DNA from: Squatina squatina
Taxonomy: Eukaryota
Assembly: GCA_031763465.1 (NCBI GenBank)
Contig: JARFOE010000016.1
Location: forward strand, 6,971,430 to 7,007,435
Direction of reading: 5' to 3'
Length of the DNA: 36,006 bases
The translations under genes were made by a program, and so were the position numbers. Of this stretch, positions 22,993-34,493 are shown piece by piece (position 1 is the first letter of the stretch; the number at the start of each line of letters is the position of its first letter). A model generated the notes under the pieces. It saw only the letters and a program-made list of their open reading frames with translations. It was not told where the DNA came from and did no database searches.

Positions 22993-24357
22993 TTTTCCCC
23001 TATGAGGGGAGCCAAAGGGTAGAGTTTGCATTCCCTTGCAGCCTTGTGCAAACACTTGCCTTACTTCAAAAAACAGGCTTTTAAAGCTGGAACTTTGGAT
23101 TTCAAAATTCTTGATTTTTAGATCCTCTAAATCTAAGTATGCTGGAATTGTCATTCATTTTGAGCAAGTCTATGGAAGGCAATTAAGAGACTACACTAAT
23201 AAAGGTTATCAGAATAAAGGGATATTGAAACTATATCACAATATGCTGGAGGAATTTGAAGTCATCCAAACCTGGTGAGTCACCTAAAGAGAAGGGATTA
23301 TACTGTGATACAAAAGAATAACACTATTGGATACAAATTTTGGTCTTGCCTTAGCTATTTTCTCGTTTACAATGGTACTGAGCATCTTACATTTAAGGGT
23401 GTGTCGATGTGGCCAGTTACAAATACAGCAAGTGAACGTACTGAGCAGCAGTTATATTTGGACTCACTTAATTCATTCAGTACAACTTGTCTTTGTGTGA
23501 TTATACCAAATAATGAACACGCAACAGTTCCCCATGTCAACGTGTCATCTTGCTTGACTTAAACTTCTAACTGCTGTCCTGCATCCTAACCTTCTGTGTT
23601 TCAACACAATGGGTACGAAGTGTTTATAATTTATCCAGACTGGTTGACGAATTGCTTAATTTCTTCAATTTTGGGGGAAATAATTTCAATGCGTAGCTCA
23701 TTCAACCACCTTTTTGTCTCTGCATTTTCTTTTATTTAAAAAAAAACTTGGCTTTTAAAAAAAACAATATTTACATGCATCTTTATTCCAAATCTTTTCT
23801 CTGGGAAATGATCAAAATCCCAAAACTTCAGATACACAGGAGTGATAAAGCAGTACATTGGGATACAGAAAATGTTAGACAGTGAAATTAGAGATGGTGG
23901 TGTCATGTGTATCATGGATAATGTGTGTTCTGTTTTTTGATGTCATGATGACCACGTTGAATAGTTAAAGAAAAATCAGTGCTTGTTTATCAAAGTGATA
24001 ATCTACAGTTAATTACTTCTTTGGGACCACTCCTAGTCTTGCTGTAATTTGATATTAAGCAGGATTCCGATCTTTTATGATTTGTGGTAACAAAAATGTT
24101 GTGATTTTTAAACACTACTCATTCAACAAATCGACAATCCCAGAAGTGGCATAGAAAAATCATGAATAGTTTCATGGCTCAGAAGTATCCCTCATACATA
24201 AGCCACCTGAGTATTTACCAATTTGAGGCTGTAATTTGGACAATGTAATCCAAGTTTGTACAGTACCATAAGCAGTAACATACGTTGTAGCATACAATGA
24301 TTTTTTGAAAGTACATTACGTGTAAACCTGCATGTAAGTGTGGTGATGCCAAGATAA

Positions 24358-24389
24358 CTGATTCATGTTGCTTTTCCTTGTTGCTTTAG
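24358..24389 (+). promoter_or_regulatory. Branch point, polypyrimidine tract and 3' splice site of the SLC25A26 exon
   Basis: CTGAT (yUnAy, branch A at 24361) lies about 28 nt upstream of the AG at 24388-24389 and is followed by a pyrimidine-rich tract. Confidence 0.65.
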
Positions 24390-24546
24390 GCTGGTGGCAT
24401 GGCAGGGATGTGTGTGGATCTGACACTGTTCCCACTGGACACCATGAAAACCAGACTACAGAGTCCGCAGGGGTTCTACAACGCTGGAGGGTTCCGTGGG
24501 ATTTATGCTGGTGTTCCTTCTGCTGCCATTGGATCTTTCCCCAATG
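24390..24546 (+). CDS. SLC25A26: Internal coding exon (exon 2 equivalent) of mitochondrial S-adenosylmethionine carrier
   Basis: Acceptor cttttccttgttgctttAG ends at 24389 and donor G|GTAAAT starts at 24547. The 157 nt translate from the first base as [52 protein letters not shown] plus 1 nt. This contains the carrier signature PxDxxKxR (PLDTMKTR). It closely matches vertebrate SAMC as I recall it ([29 protein letters not shown]...[19 protein letters not shown]). Intron phases are 0 and 1. Confidence 0.96.
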
Positions 24547-27500
24547 GTAAATTCTTGTTCACATAACTCTAGCTTTCATCTGACTCTTTCAGGAAAAAAA
24601 TGTGACCATATAGAATATTCACATTTCTGCAGTATATTTATAGAATAGAATTTTTAAAGCATTTTATTTTAGCACTATTTTGTGTAAATGACTTAACATG
24701 TAATATGTTTTTTTGTTGCTTTTGGGGACTAAGCGATTCTGCCAGTTTTTGATATTTTCTGAGGGTCCCAGTTGGAGACGTGTAAGGTGAGACCATCTGT
24801 TCAGCTGTCACTGCCACCTCCTTCCCTTCCCCGCTCAACCAAGCTTCCTGCCTCAGCCCTGAACCTGCAACTGACTCTAGTTTTACTCCTATTTCCTCTC
24901 CTGGCCTCTTCGAGTTCATCTTGTCCATGCGACCCACCCTCTGTACTCTCCACCCTATTCCCACNNNNNNNNNNNNNNNNNNNNNNNNNNNNNNNNNNNN
25001 NNNNNNNNNNNNNNNNNNNNNNNNNNNNNNNNNNNNNNNNNNNNNNNNNNNNNNNNNNNNNNNNTTTTGATGCCGAAGTATGTGGGCCTCAAACGGGTTA
25101 TTATACGATGCTGCTGTATTTCTTAAGCACTGTATTTTTATGGACCTTATTCGGGTTTAACTTCATTTGTATTCCACGTATGCATTTCTGGAGAGCTCAT
25201 TTGTCAAGTTGAAGTGAATCGCTTACTTGCATTTATAAACCTTTTCCCCCTGAGGACATACTAGAAAATACAGTGTGACATGACAAGGCAAAGCAATTGG
25301 CAGGCATTTAACTTGGCATGTCAACTCATCTACAAATTTTGGGATGCCAAAAGCTACTTGAAACAAAATGCATTGCATTTGTAACAAAGGACAGTGGCTG
25401 CCCGATTCCATTGTTTTTCCCTTTATTGTAAAGTAATGCTTAGATAATTTTGCAGGGGTATAAACAAAGTTGACATTATCAGGAATAATATATTCTTACT
25501 AAATTGAAAAACTACTCAGAATTTACCTGCTTTTTGAGCATTTTCTGTTTCTTTTTCAAAATTTACATTTGTTGAGTTCCATATTCTGTTCCATTAGGAT
25601 TCTGTGGTCGTAGAGAATGGAATTCTGTCAGAGTTTAACAAATTTAACATACAAATGTGAACAATAAGAAANNNNNNNNNNNNNNNNNNNNNNNNNNNNN
25701 NNNNNNNNNNNNNNNNNNNNNNNNNNNNNNNNNNNNNNNNNNNNNNNNNNNNNNNNNNNNNNNNNNNNNNNCGTTGCATTGTAGTTGCTGTTGTGCTTGG
25801 TCACCCTGAAACACCAGCCTGATTTAGCTGAAACCTAATGGTTGCCCAGGAAATGAGATTGCTGCTATAAAGGCCTGCTGCAAAATGCAGGCGAGTTTTG
25901 TGGTCATATCAGACCAAATCCCTAATTAAACCTGGAGTGGAAATTGCCTGTAAATAAAGATGAATGGACTCTGAAACCCTCCAACACAGCGAGCAAATTC
26001 ATCATACAATTAGGGACTGAAACCTGTAAATTAGGACCTGTCAGCCACCCACACATGAGCTGCATCAAAACTGTGCAAGCAACAAATAAAAACGGTTTTA
26101 TTACACCTAAAATGTGTTATGGGAACATACTGATAACACAGAAAACCTACTATCATCTGTTTAGCCGATATCATAAGCTATGATACAATACTAGTTTAAT
26201 CACCCAAACAGTACAAAAGGAGATTCCTAAATTTAAAAAATCCGAATGTTTTAATGTGCACTTATAATTTCATGAAAAGTTCCAGGATTGATCGATACTC
26301 TCAAATGTTGAATCTTTAAATAATTTTGCTCATTAAAAATTATTTTCAAGCCTACTTTAACACTATACCTATGAATTTGTAATGATATTAAATGGCATTT
26401 ATTTCAAAACATGGTAGTAAAAATATGATATTGTAGAGGGTCTTGCAAGGCAGCATTATCCACTTCCAGCCTGAAGGGGTCAGTCTTGTCACAGCAAATA
26501 ATGTTTTTGAATTCTGACATCCGTTTTGCACTATAACTCAATTGTTCTACGTAAAGTTATTAATTTTTTTTAATTGCATGTGATCCAGAAACATTTAATT
26601 TTTTTTAATATAAATAAGCTCTTTCTAGTTTTCTGTTTGGCAGCTGAAAAGCATATCATTATTTAGGTTTTCTTTGGGGTTAAGCTAGTTTTCGATGAGC
26701 ATTGAGGCTAAATTTAATTAATTCTGGACTTCACATATTTGTAGAGTTTATAATCTGTACTTGATTGATCAATTAATTCTACAAACTATGCCTGTCTTAT
26801 GAAGTTAATTTCTTTTTATCCCTGACAGAAATTTGCCATCATTGGCCAGTTGGAAGGTTCTAAATGAGTTGGGGATTCTCATTACAGTGAGAGGACCTTT
26901 TAACTCCAGATTGCACCCAGGTATAGGATTCTTTATCCCAAGCATGATCAACACAATAAGCTAGGNNNNNNNNNNNNNNNNNNNNNNNNNNNNNNNNNNN
27001 NNNNNNNNNNNNNNNNNNNNNNNNNNNNNNNNNNNNNNNNNNNNNNNNNNNNNNNNNNNNNNNNNAACCAAAGCAAAGAGAAAGAAAAGTCTAGAGATGG
27101 TTTCAGATACTTTCAGGTGAACAGAAAGGCACTGAGAGAGAGTTTAAAGGTCAGAGAAGCTAGGAAAGTTCAAATGTTGAGTCAGATATAGTTTAATTGT
27201 GCCATTTGTGTGCAAGAGAAGTTTCCTTGAGAAAGAAAAGAAAGGTGTGAATGAGCTCCAGCCCAAATAATAGCTGCAGATGTGAATGCTGAATCTACCC
27301 AGGTGAGGCAGATGACCCGAGAGGGAATGGATACCACATCCACGGATGGAGGTTCATTGCTCTGAAGGTCCAGTGGGAGGCAAGGCAACCAACTTTACTA
27401 TGCTGACCCAGAAGAGCAGGGTTATAATAAGATCCAAGAATCATTGCTGAAGCTGCAATCTGCTCAGCAATTAGCCGAACTAACTAGGCTTTTAATATAT

Positions 27501-28761
27501 CTGGTATACTTGTTATTCAAAGGTGTTTACTTGTCAGCTTCTAAAGGGATATAATAAACTAACCATATGAACTTTGTCAACCTTGGACATTGAGTTCAAC
27601 TATCAACTTTTAATAAGTAAAACCCAGCTGATGCTAAATTACTGTGGTACACTTGAACTGCCTTTGTAATCTTAAGCTTACTAATTCCATCAGTTAACTA
27701 TGTCTGCTGAAGTACTTTCTAATGTTTAGTATTAAATGCTGGTAATTGTGTTTTTATAAATATTAATACAGAAATGTTAGTTCATGATTTAATTGTCTGA
27801 CTTTGACTTTGATTTGGCAAGAAGAGTTGACTCTGGTACCCTGGCCCTCTGAAGGGAGATTGATTGTGTAAGGGTTAATTAAAAATAAGGTTAATAAAAT
27901 TTGGACGGATTAATTTAAGTGAACCAAATTTTGGCATCAAATTATTCTTTAGACAAGAATGATAAGTCCCCAGATAGTTCTTGGATGAGTTAAAATAAAG
28001 TAGTGAAGGATACCTCTGGTGCTTTTATTTTAAGATAATATACCCTGCAATAATTATGGGTTTACCTACCACTCCAATCTTACAACATTATACGTGACTT
28101 TTATCTTTGATACTCATTTTAGACGTGATTGATGAATTGAGAGCAGTACTGTACAGTTAATAGAAATTTCTAAAAACTTGATTTTATGCACGATTATCGT
28201 CAAAACCTTTTTTGTACCAGTGTGGTGAGGAGAACAGATTCTGTGCTCGAAAAAGGCATGTTTTAATTTGATGAATTATTTGACAAGAATAAAACTCTTA
28301 GCTTTGCAAAATGTGCTTATCTTTCCTTTTTTTGTTTTTGGTTCCATTTTTGTCTACCATCAACATATTGTTGCAGTTGTTAACACAGAGCACGTACCTT
28401 GTTCTCTCTCATTGAGGCAATGACTTCGAATCACTTCAGCTAACTTCTAATTAGATAATCTATGATAATTTGGGATACAGTTTATCTTGAATATGCATTG
28501 TGCTCTGCTAGCCATAACTGTATGCTATTGCAGCTTTTATGAAGTCTAAAATGCTTCAATTCTTGACAGTCAAAGAATAGCAATTTTCTGCATTTTGGAC
28601 CCATTATCAATGAGTACACTCCAATCAGGTTCATGACAATTTAAATGCATGCTAACCCTCTGAGCTTGCCTTAACCTCAACCCTGCGACTGTTGCGCATT
28701 GTGGTGAAGACTTCTCTTCAATTTCTCTGTGGTTCTCATGCCTCACTAGCAGTTTTGTTCT

Positions 28762-28817
28762 TGAATACAAACAAAAATTGCTGGAAACACACAGCAGGTC
28801 AGGCAGCATCTGTGGAG
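28762..28817 (-). mobile_element. Penelope-like terminus fragment
   Basis: aaacaaaaattgctggaaacacacagcaggtcaggcagcatctgtggag matches 21874-21923. It is cut by a gap just before the expected hammerhead core. Confidence 0.7.
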
Positions 28818-28917
28818 NNNNNNNNNNNNNNNNNNNNNNNNNNNNNNNNNNNNNNNNNNNNNNNNNNNNNNNNNNNNNNNNNNNNNNNNNNNNNNNNNNN
28901 NNNNNNNNNNNNNNNNN

Positions 28918-28955
28918 CAGTAGAACCTCCCTGCTCCTATACTCAAATCCGCGAG
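28918..28955 (-). mobile_element. CR1 ORF2 fragment (5'-truncated end)
   Basis: Minus-strand RGFEYRSREVLL matches the CR1 motif RGxEYKSREVxLQLY. Confidence 0.7.
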
Positions 28956-30384
28956 GTTCATTATCCTTGTCCACAAGACGATTTTGGATAGCTCACAAAG
29001 ATTGGCTGCTCTGTTTTGCTTGAAACCGGTTGAATTCGAGTTGAGCAGCAGGTTTCACTGGTCAGGATCCATTTGGGGTGGGAACTTGAATTCAAATTAG
29101 CCAGCAATTCGAGTCGAGATTTGAATAAACAGTGAATTTTTCAATTGGAGACGTGCTTGCATAGTTCTAATTAATAATTTAAGTAAAGCCACTTTGAATT
29201 ATTGTATGTCGTCATTGGGGTTGTGCTTGCCTCCAACAATAAGTGAGCAAATTCTGAAGTGACATTGGAAAAATTAAAAGAATTTTAAGTCTGCTGGACG
29301 GTTACATCTGGACAAATAAAAGGACAGCTCAGGTGGATGGATAAAAGGCTCACTGACCTCAAAATTAGTTTCCATTTTTAAAAAAAATGTTAAAATGATG
29401 TGTATAACAATTACTGTGTGTAAGGGGGTGAAATAGGAAGAATATCTTTCTTCATGAGTGTACTGCGTGCTCGCTCACCCAGAGCTACGTTGCTTGTGAG
29501 TTTAGATCCGCTGATGGAAGACATTTTTGTTAGTCGCTCCTCATGCAGTGGCACATATAAAATGAACAAGTACCCTCTGATTATCTCCTATAGTATTTAG
29601 GTTTATGTCGAAGATGTAATGTGCTGTGGCACATATTTATTTTCAAGGCAAAAATGAATTTCCTTTTTATCATCTATTACCTACCAGAAGGTGACACCAG
29701 CTATATTTTTCAACAAAAAGGAGTAAAATCCTATCTAGCACTTATTTTCTGCCTCACTAAACAAGTGTTATTTAGCCCACCTCCATCTGGAAGCAGGAAA
29801 AGGGTAACAAGATTTTGTTTTGATTTCTCTAAGGGTTTCTGATTATATGAATAAATTTAGAACCCAGTGAATACAGATTTTGCATACTAACAATTAGATA
29901 AAACACACGGCTACAAATGGATGCTATTCTCTTTAGAATTTGTTTTGACATATGTCACGCAGGTAATTAATTTTCAGTCTGCTATCTTCGTGTGAGATGT
30001 GACCCTGTCTAGATAACTTTGTTTACGGAAGATGGCAGAACTCCAGTGGCAATTTAATTGGGGTCTTTTCCATCATGTATATTCATTAGCCAACCTTCAA
30101 AACTGATTTCTGAAGAAGTATTGCTTTTTTTGTGCATTTGCCGTATTGTGAAGTGAGACAAGTTACTGACTAATGAAATGCTATTTCCTTTTAAAATTAA
30201 AGAAATCACAAGTGACCTAGCATTTAGCATAAAGCCGTGCAAAGATTCTTGGTGAGGAGTTATTAGTCTCCTCTCCCTATCAGTAAAATTATTACAGTAG
30301 AACACTGGGAATGTACATTTTAATTTATTGTACTGTCCTCACCAAATATCTAAATATTCCAGTAGTCATAGGGCAACAGGCCTG

Positions 30385-30694
30385 GGGACTCAGTAGCGTA
30401 GTAGTTAGTTGCGGGACTAGTAATCAAGAGGCTTGGACTATTGATCCAGAGACGAGAGTTCAAAACCCACCATGGCAGCTGTGGAATTTAAGTTCAGTTA
30501 ATTAAAAAATAATCTGGAATTTAAAAAATGAAACAATCAGATTGTCGTAAAAACCCATCTGGTTCACAAATGTCCTTTGGGGAAGGGAATCTGCCATCCT
30601 TACTTGGTCTGACCTACATGTGACTCCAGACCCACAGCAATGTGGTTGACTCTTATCTGCCCTCTGAAATGGCCTAGCAAGCCACTCAGTTGTA
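30385..30694 (+). mobile_element. tRNA-derived SINE (family distinct from the Deu-SINEs here)
   Basis: Head tagcgtagtag...ggactagtaatc...gagttcaaaacccaccatggcagc (B-box-like gttcaaa), then body aaacccatctggttcac...ggaatctgccatccttacttggtctgacctacatgtgactccagacccacagcaatgtggttgactc...gccactcagttg, recalled as an abundant shark SINE. Confidence 0.75.
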
Positions 30695-30794
30695 NNNNNN
30701 NNNNNNNNNNNNNNNNNNNNNNNNNNNNNNNNNNNNNNNNNNNNNNNNNNNNNNNNNNNNNNNNNNNNNNNNNNNNNNNNNNNNNNNNNNNNNN

Positions 30795-31190
30795 CCGCCC
30801 ACCGACACCCCACATTTGTTGCCAGGGTATCGAGTTCAGGGTGGGAGAAGCGCTGGGCAGGCCCTGGAGCAACCATCAGGATCTTTGCAGCTCTGTGGTG
30901 CAAGAGAAATGAACTGAGAGAGGAGGTGAGCACAAAGTGGACATTACCTTTAAGGGCTGCAGTCCACTGCTATGTGATGAACTAATAAAGGTCAGGTGAA
31001 ATTGGCTGCATCCTGCAATACGTCGCCCCTCCAGCGCCCCAGATGAGGTGATTAATGCCTCCCACAGTGCCTCCATAGACTTTTTCTCTAAGAGACCAAT
31101 GCCGTAAAATTTTGCAGGTCCTCCCAGCTGGCGCAACCTTTTTTTGGCAGGTAAGAGTTGCCAACGCGGCGCTGATGAATTGCGTCCCCT
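30795..31190 (-). mobile_element. Harbinger-like element 5' portion with Myb/SANT-like ORF start
   Basis: From ATG at 30876 the minus strand reads MVAPGPAQRFSHPELDTLATNVGCRWA, which fits the xAPRFSxxELxxLxxxVxxR pattern. A GC/CpG-rich subterminal region begins aggggacgcaattc at about 31190. Confidence 0.55.
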
Positions 31191-31477
31191 GGAAGTTATC
31201 TTTCTTTTCCTCTCAGTTAGATTTTCTTTTGGTGACAGCCAGTACTTTGTAAGATTTGCATTTACCTTTTTGCTTATTTACTTACAAGTCCTCATTGGAA
31301 TGATTTCTAAGTTTTTGAATATTGTGTAAGTACAGCGACTCAGAACATTTCTGTAGATTTATGTTGTTCTGATATGCAAAAGATGTTTGTATTTTTTTTA
31401 ATTAGCTTTGTGAACTTGCAAATCCAAGTATTTTCCATCAGTTTTCAGTGATAAACCTGACGGAAACTTTATTAAAA

Positions 31478-31510
31478 TGCAGTGATCTACATTATGCCAC
31501 TGGAGGGCAG
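31478..31510 (+). promoter_or_regulatory. Candidate CTCF site
   Basis: Core CCACTGGAGGGCAG (31497-31510) is 1 mismatch from CCASYAGRKGGCRS. An upstream TGCAGTG at 31478 resembles the ZF9-11 module. Confidence 0.35.
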
Positions 31511-32835
31511 GATGGATCTATGGTTAATGTAACAACCTCAAGTTTGTTTTCCATTTGTCAGCTTAATATATGCCTCACAGTACAGAAAGTACATCTGCTG
31601 AATTTGTGGATAGCATGCTTTATAAAGTCTGCCTGAATAAAAGGCAGATTAATATAAAGCACCAGGGCAAACAATGAGTCTCTTGGAAATGTTGTGTTGG
31701 CTCCAGCTGGCTGCAATGTCTCTGCTACATGTTGACGTACAATGCCACGAAAATGGGGCAGATTATAAGGCTCCCTGTTTTCTGAAGTCATTCTCTTTTG
31801 GTGATGAGATTCTATTGAACAATTGTGACAAACCCTCTTGGCAGTGTGATCTTTAGCAGCTGACAGTACTCATTTAAAGTCTGAAAGTCCCATTTTTCAG
31901 CAAATTCCACAAGATGCTCGTAACTAGCATGTTGGGAATATGACAGCATCACGATCATGCTGCAGCTGCTTTGTGAGGATACTAGGCTTGCCAGGAATTG
32001 TCAGGACGAGCTTTTGCATTGGTTGAGGTTTTGCTGTGTTTAAGTAAACAAAATTTTTCTCGAAATTGGTAATTTATTTTCTAGTTGTTTCAAATGCAGA
32101 GGATGTGTGTAAAGAAGCAGATGTTTGATTGATCCCAGATAATAAAATGCATTCCTCTATAACCTTCCAGAACATGAGGTTCTTTGGAGACACCTGCAGC
32201 TGAATTCATTACTTTTTTTTGTAAATGCTTAACTGGGAGTGAGAGAAAAAAACCTCCACATATGGTATGGCTCTAAAAATGGTTTTGTCCTTTTCTTTAT
32301 GCAATGGATCATCAAATGAAAAAAAAATGCAATAAATTGTGTCGTTTTGGAATTGGATTTGAAAGTTTTCCCAGACTCTGCCCTTGTCTCTCTCATCGAG
32401 GATTCACTTCTGCAGTGCATGTGTTACTCCCTGTTTGTAGCTTTGCACACGGCTTTCGCAGAGCTCCTCCACCCCGGGCAAACTTCTGGGTTGAACTCAT
32501 TTTCTTGCCATAAAAAGAACTCAGTGCCGCTAAGAAAATTCTTTGCACAAAATTATGCTGTGATAAAATGCTACTTGTACTGGTACCTCAGGATAAGCAC
32601 ACAGTACTTTACGACAGCCTGTATATAGAGTGCAGTTTACTTGTTTTCCTATTTGAGTCCTGGAGATTTCACTTGCTCAGGCTACTGTTGAGTATGAGCT
32701 TTCTAACTTCTCCGAAATGATAGAACCTGGATTACAAGAACACGTAGCGATCAGGGCATTCTTTACTTCAGTGATTTGATCGGAGTCACAGCAAGGCAAC
32801 AGTGCACTACAGCAGCTCTGCAAGGTCTCAGTCTT

Positions 32836-33659
32836 NNNNNNNNNNNNNNNNNNNNNNNNNNNNNNNNNNNNNNNNNNNNNNNNNNNNNNNNNNNNNNNNN
32901 NNNNNNNNNNNNNNNNNNNNNNNNNNNNNNNNNNNNNNNNNNNNNNNNNNNNNNNNNNNNNNNNNNNNNNNNNNNNNNNNNNNNNNNNNNNNNNNNNNNN
33001 NNNNNNNNNNNNNNNNNNNNNNNNNNNNNNNNNNNNNNNNNNNNNNNNNNNNNNNNNNNNNNNNNNNNNNNNNNNNNNNNNNNNNNNNNNNNNNNNNNNN
33101 NNNNNNNNNNNNNNNNNNNNNNNNNNNNNNNNNNNNNNNNNNNNNNNNNNNNNNNNNNNNNNNNNNNNNNNNNNNNNNNNNNNNNNNNNNNNNNNNNNNN
33201 NNNNNNNNNNNNNNNNNNNNNNNNNNNNNNNNNNNNNNNNNNNNNNNNNNNNNNNNNNNNNNNNNNNNNNNNNNNNNNNNNNNNNNNNNNNNNNNNNNNN
33301 NNNNNNNNNNNNNNNNNNNNNNNNNNNNNNNNNNNNNNNNNNNNNNNNNNNNNNNNNNNNNNNNNNNNNNNNNNNNNNNNNNNNNNNNNNNNNNNNNNNN
33401 NNNNNNNNNNNNNNNNNNNNNNNNNNNNNNNNNNNNNNNNNNNNNNNNNNNNNNNNNNNNNNNNNNNNNNNNNNNNNNNNNNNNNNNNNNNNNNNNNNNN
33501 NNNNNNNNNNNNNNNNNNNNNNNNNNNNNNNNNNNNNNNNNNNNNNNNNNNNNNNNNNNNNNNNNNNNNNNNNNNNNNNNNNNNNNNNNNNNNNNNNNNN
33601 NNNNNNNNNNNNNNNNNNNNNNNNNNNNNNNNNNNNNNNNNNNNNNNNNNNNNNNNNNN
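32836..33659. other. Largest assembly gap (one of 25 N-runs; most others are exactly 100 N)
   Basis: Run of N. Many gaps abut repeat fragments, which is consistent with repeat collapse in a short-read assembly. Confidence 0.99.
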
Positions 33660-33745
33660 GTGTCCAGGTACACCAATCACGAAAACCTAGTAAACAACTA
33701 CAAAAATTAATCAAGAGGTCAAGTGACCTTTCTCTTTAAAAAAAA

Positions 33746-34228
33746 AGGCTGGAATTCAAAAGTGAGGCAGTGATGCTTCAGTTATGCAGAACCTTTATCA
33801 GACCCCATCTGGAGTACTACATTCAGTTTGGGCCATTGCACCTCAGGATGGATATATTGGCCTTGGTCGGGGTACACCGCACATTTACCAGAATGATAAC
33901 GGGGCTTAAAGGGCTAAAATATGAGGATCCATAAACTTGGCCTGTATTCCTTTGCGCTTAGACGGTTGAGAGACGATCTATTTGAGGTGTTNNNNNNNNN
34001 NCGGGAAGAAGCTATTTCCTCTGGTGCGGAATCCAGAACAAGCAAGCAAAATCTTAAAATTAGAGCTAGGTCGTTAGAAGTGAAATCAGATAGCACTGTT
34101 TCACACACACAGTTGTGGAAAGCTGGAATTCTCTTCCCCAAAAACCTGTGGCTGCTGCGTCAGTTGAAATTTTCGAGACCAAGATGGACAGATTTTTATT
34201 AGATAATGGTATCGAGGGATTTGGTTCA
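33746..34228 (+). mobile_element. CR1 LINE ORF2 C-terminal fragment
   Basis: Reads GLEFKSEAVMLQLCRTFIRPHLEYYIQFG...FTRMITGLKGLKYE, then after a frameshift HKLGLYSFALRRLRDDLFEV...ESRTSKQNLKIRAR. Confidence 0.9.
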
Positions 34229-34348
34229 TAAATTGGCCACAGTTTCCTTTGTCAAGTGTTGTGTCTCATTTAGTTAGTATGACTGGTTGTGGGGAGGTTG
34301 CACCTTCTGATGGACACGGTGAGTATGGATGGAGTATCATCTTGTATG

Positions 34349-34493
34349 CAATGTTCTCTATAAAAAAAATTTAAAAAATTTTTGGGTGCACAACCAGTTC
34401 AAACCTGTGGTTTTTTCCTATTGTAAAGCCGGCAAGCAGTCTGCGCGGCAGCTCCATTCAGCTGTGCGGCTGAGCAGCTTAAAGGGAACACTA
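34349..34493. mobile_element. hAT-like MITE, copy 2
   Basis: Left TIR caatgttctctataa and right end gcagcttaaagggaacacta. Flanks cttgtatg/catagatg (5/8) fit a decayed 8-bp TSD. Internal sequence resembles 14085-14180. Confidence 0.7.

Noticed and set aside
23243-23280. Strong donor CTG|GTGAGT upstream of the exon
   Set aside because: The phase-0 frame has a TGA a few codons upstream, and there is no SAMC similarity.
24365-24550. 61-aa [16 protein letters not shown]... with a signal-peptide look
   Set aside because: It is the wrong reading frame of the SLC25A26 exon. The hydrophobic start is the polypyrimidine tract.
25105-25200. ctgctgtatttctt... as a candidate exon 3 start
   Set aside because: No preceding AG acceptor, and the translation lacks the FFxTYE motif.
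31801-31863. C/D box snoRNA-like GTGATGA...CTGA on the intronic sense strand
   Set aside because: Weak terminal stem and no recognisable rRNA or snRNA guide complementarity.
32677-33714. Five long ORFs of 282-345 aa, plus those at 2330-2864 and other X-containing ORFs
   Set aside because: They are open only because they span N-runs.
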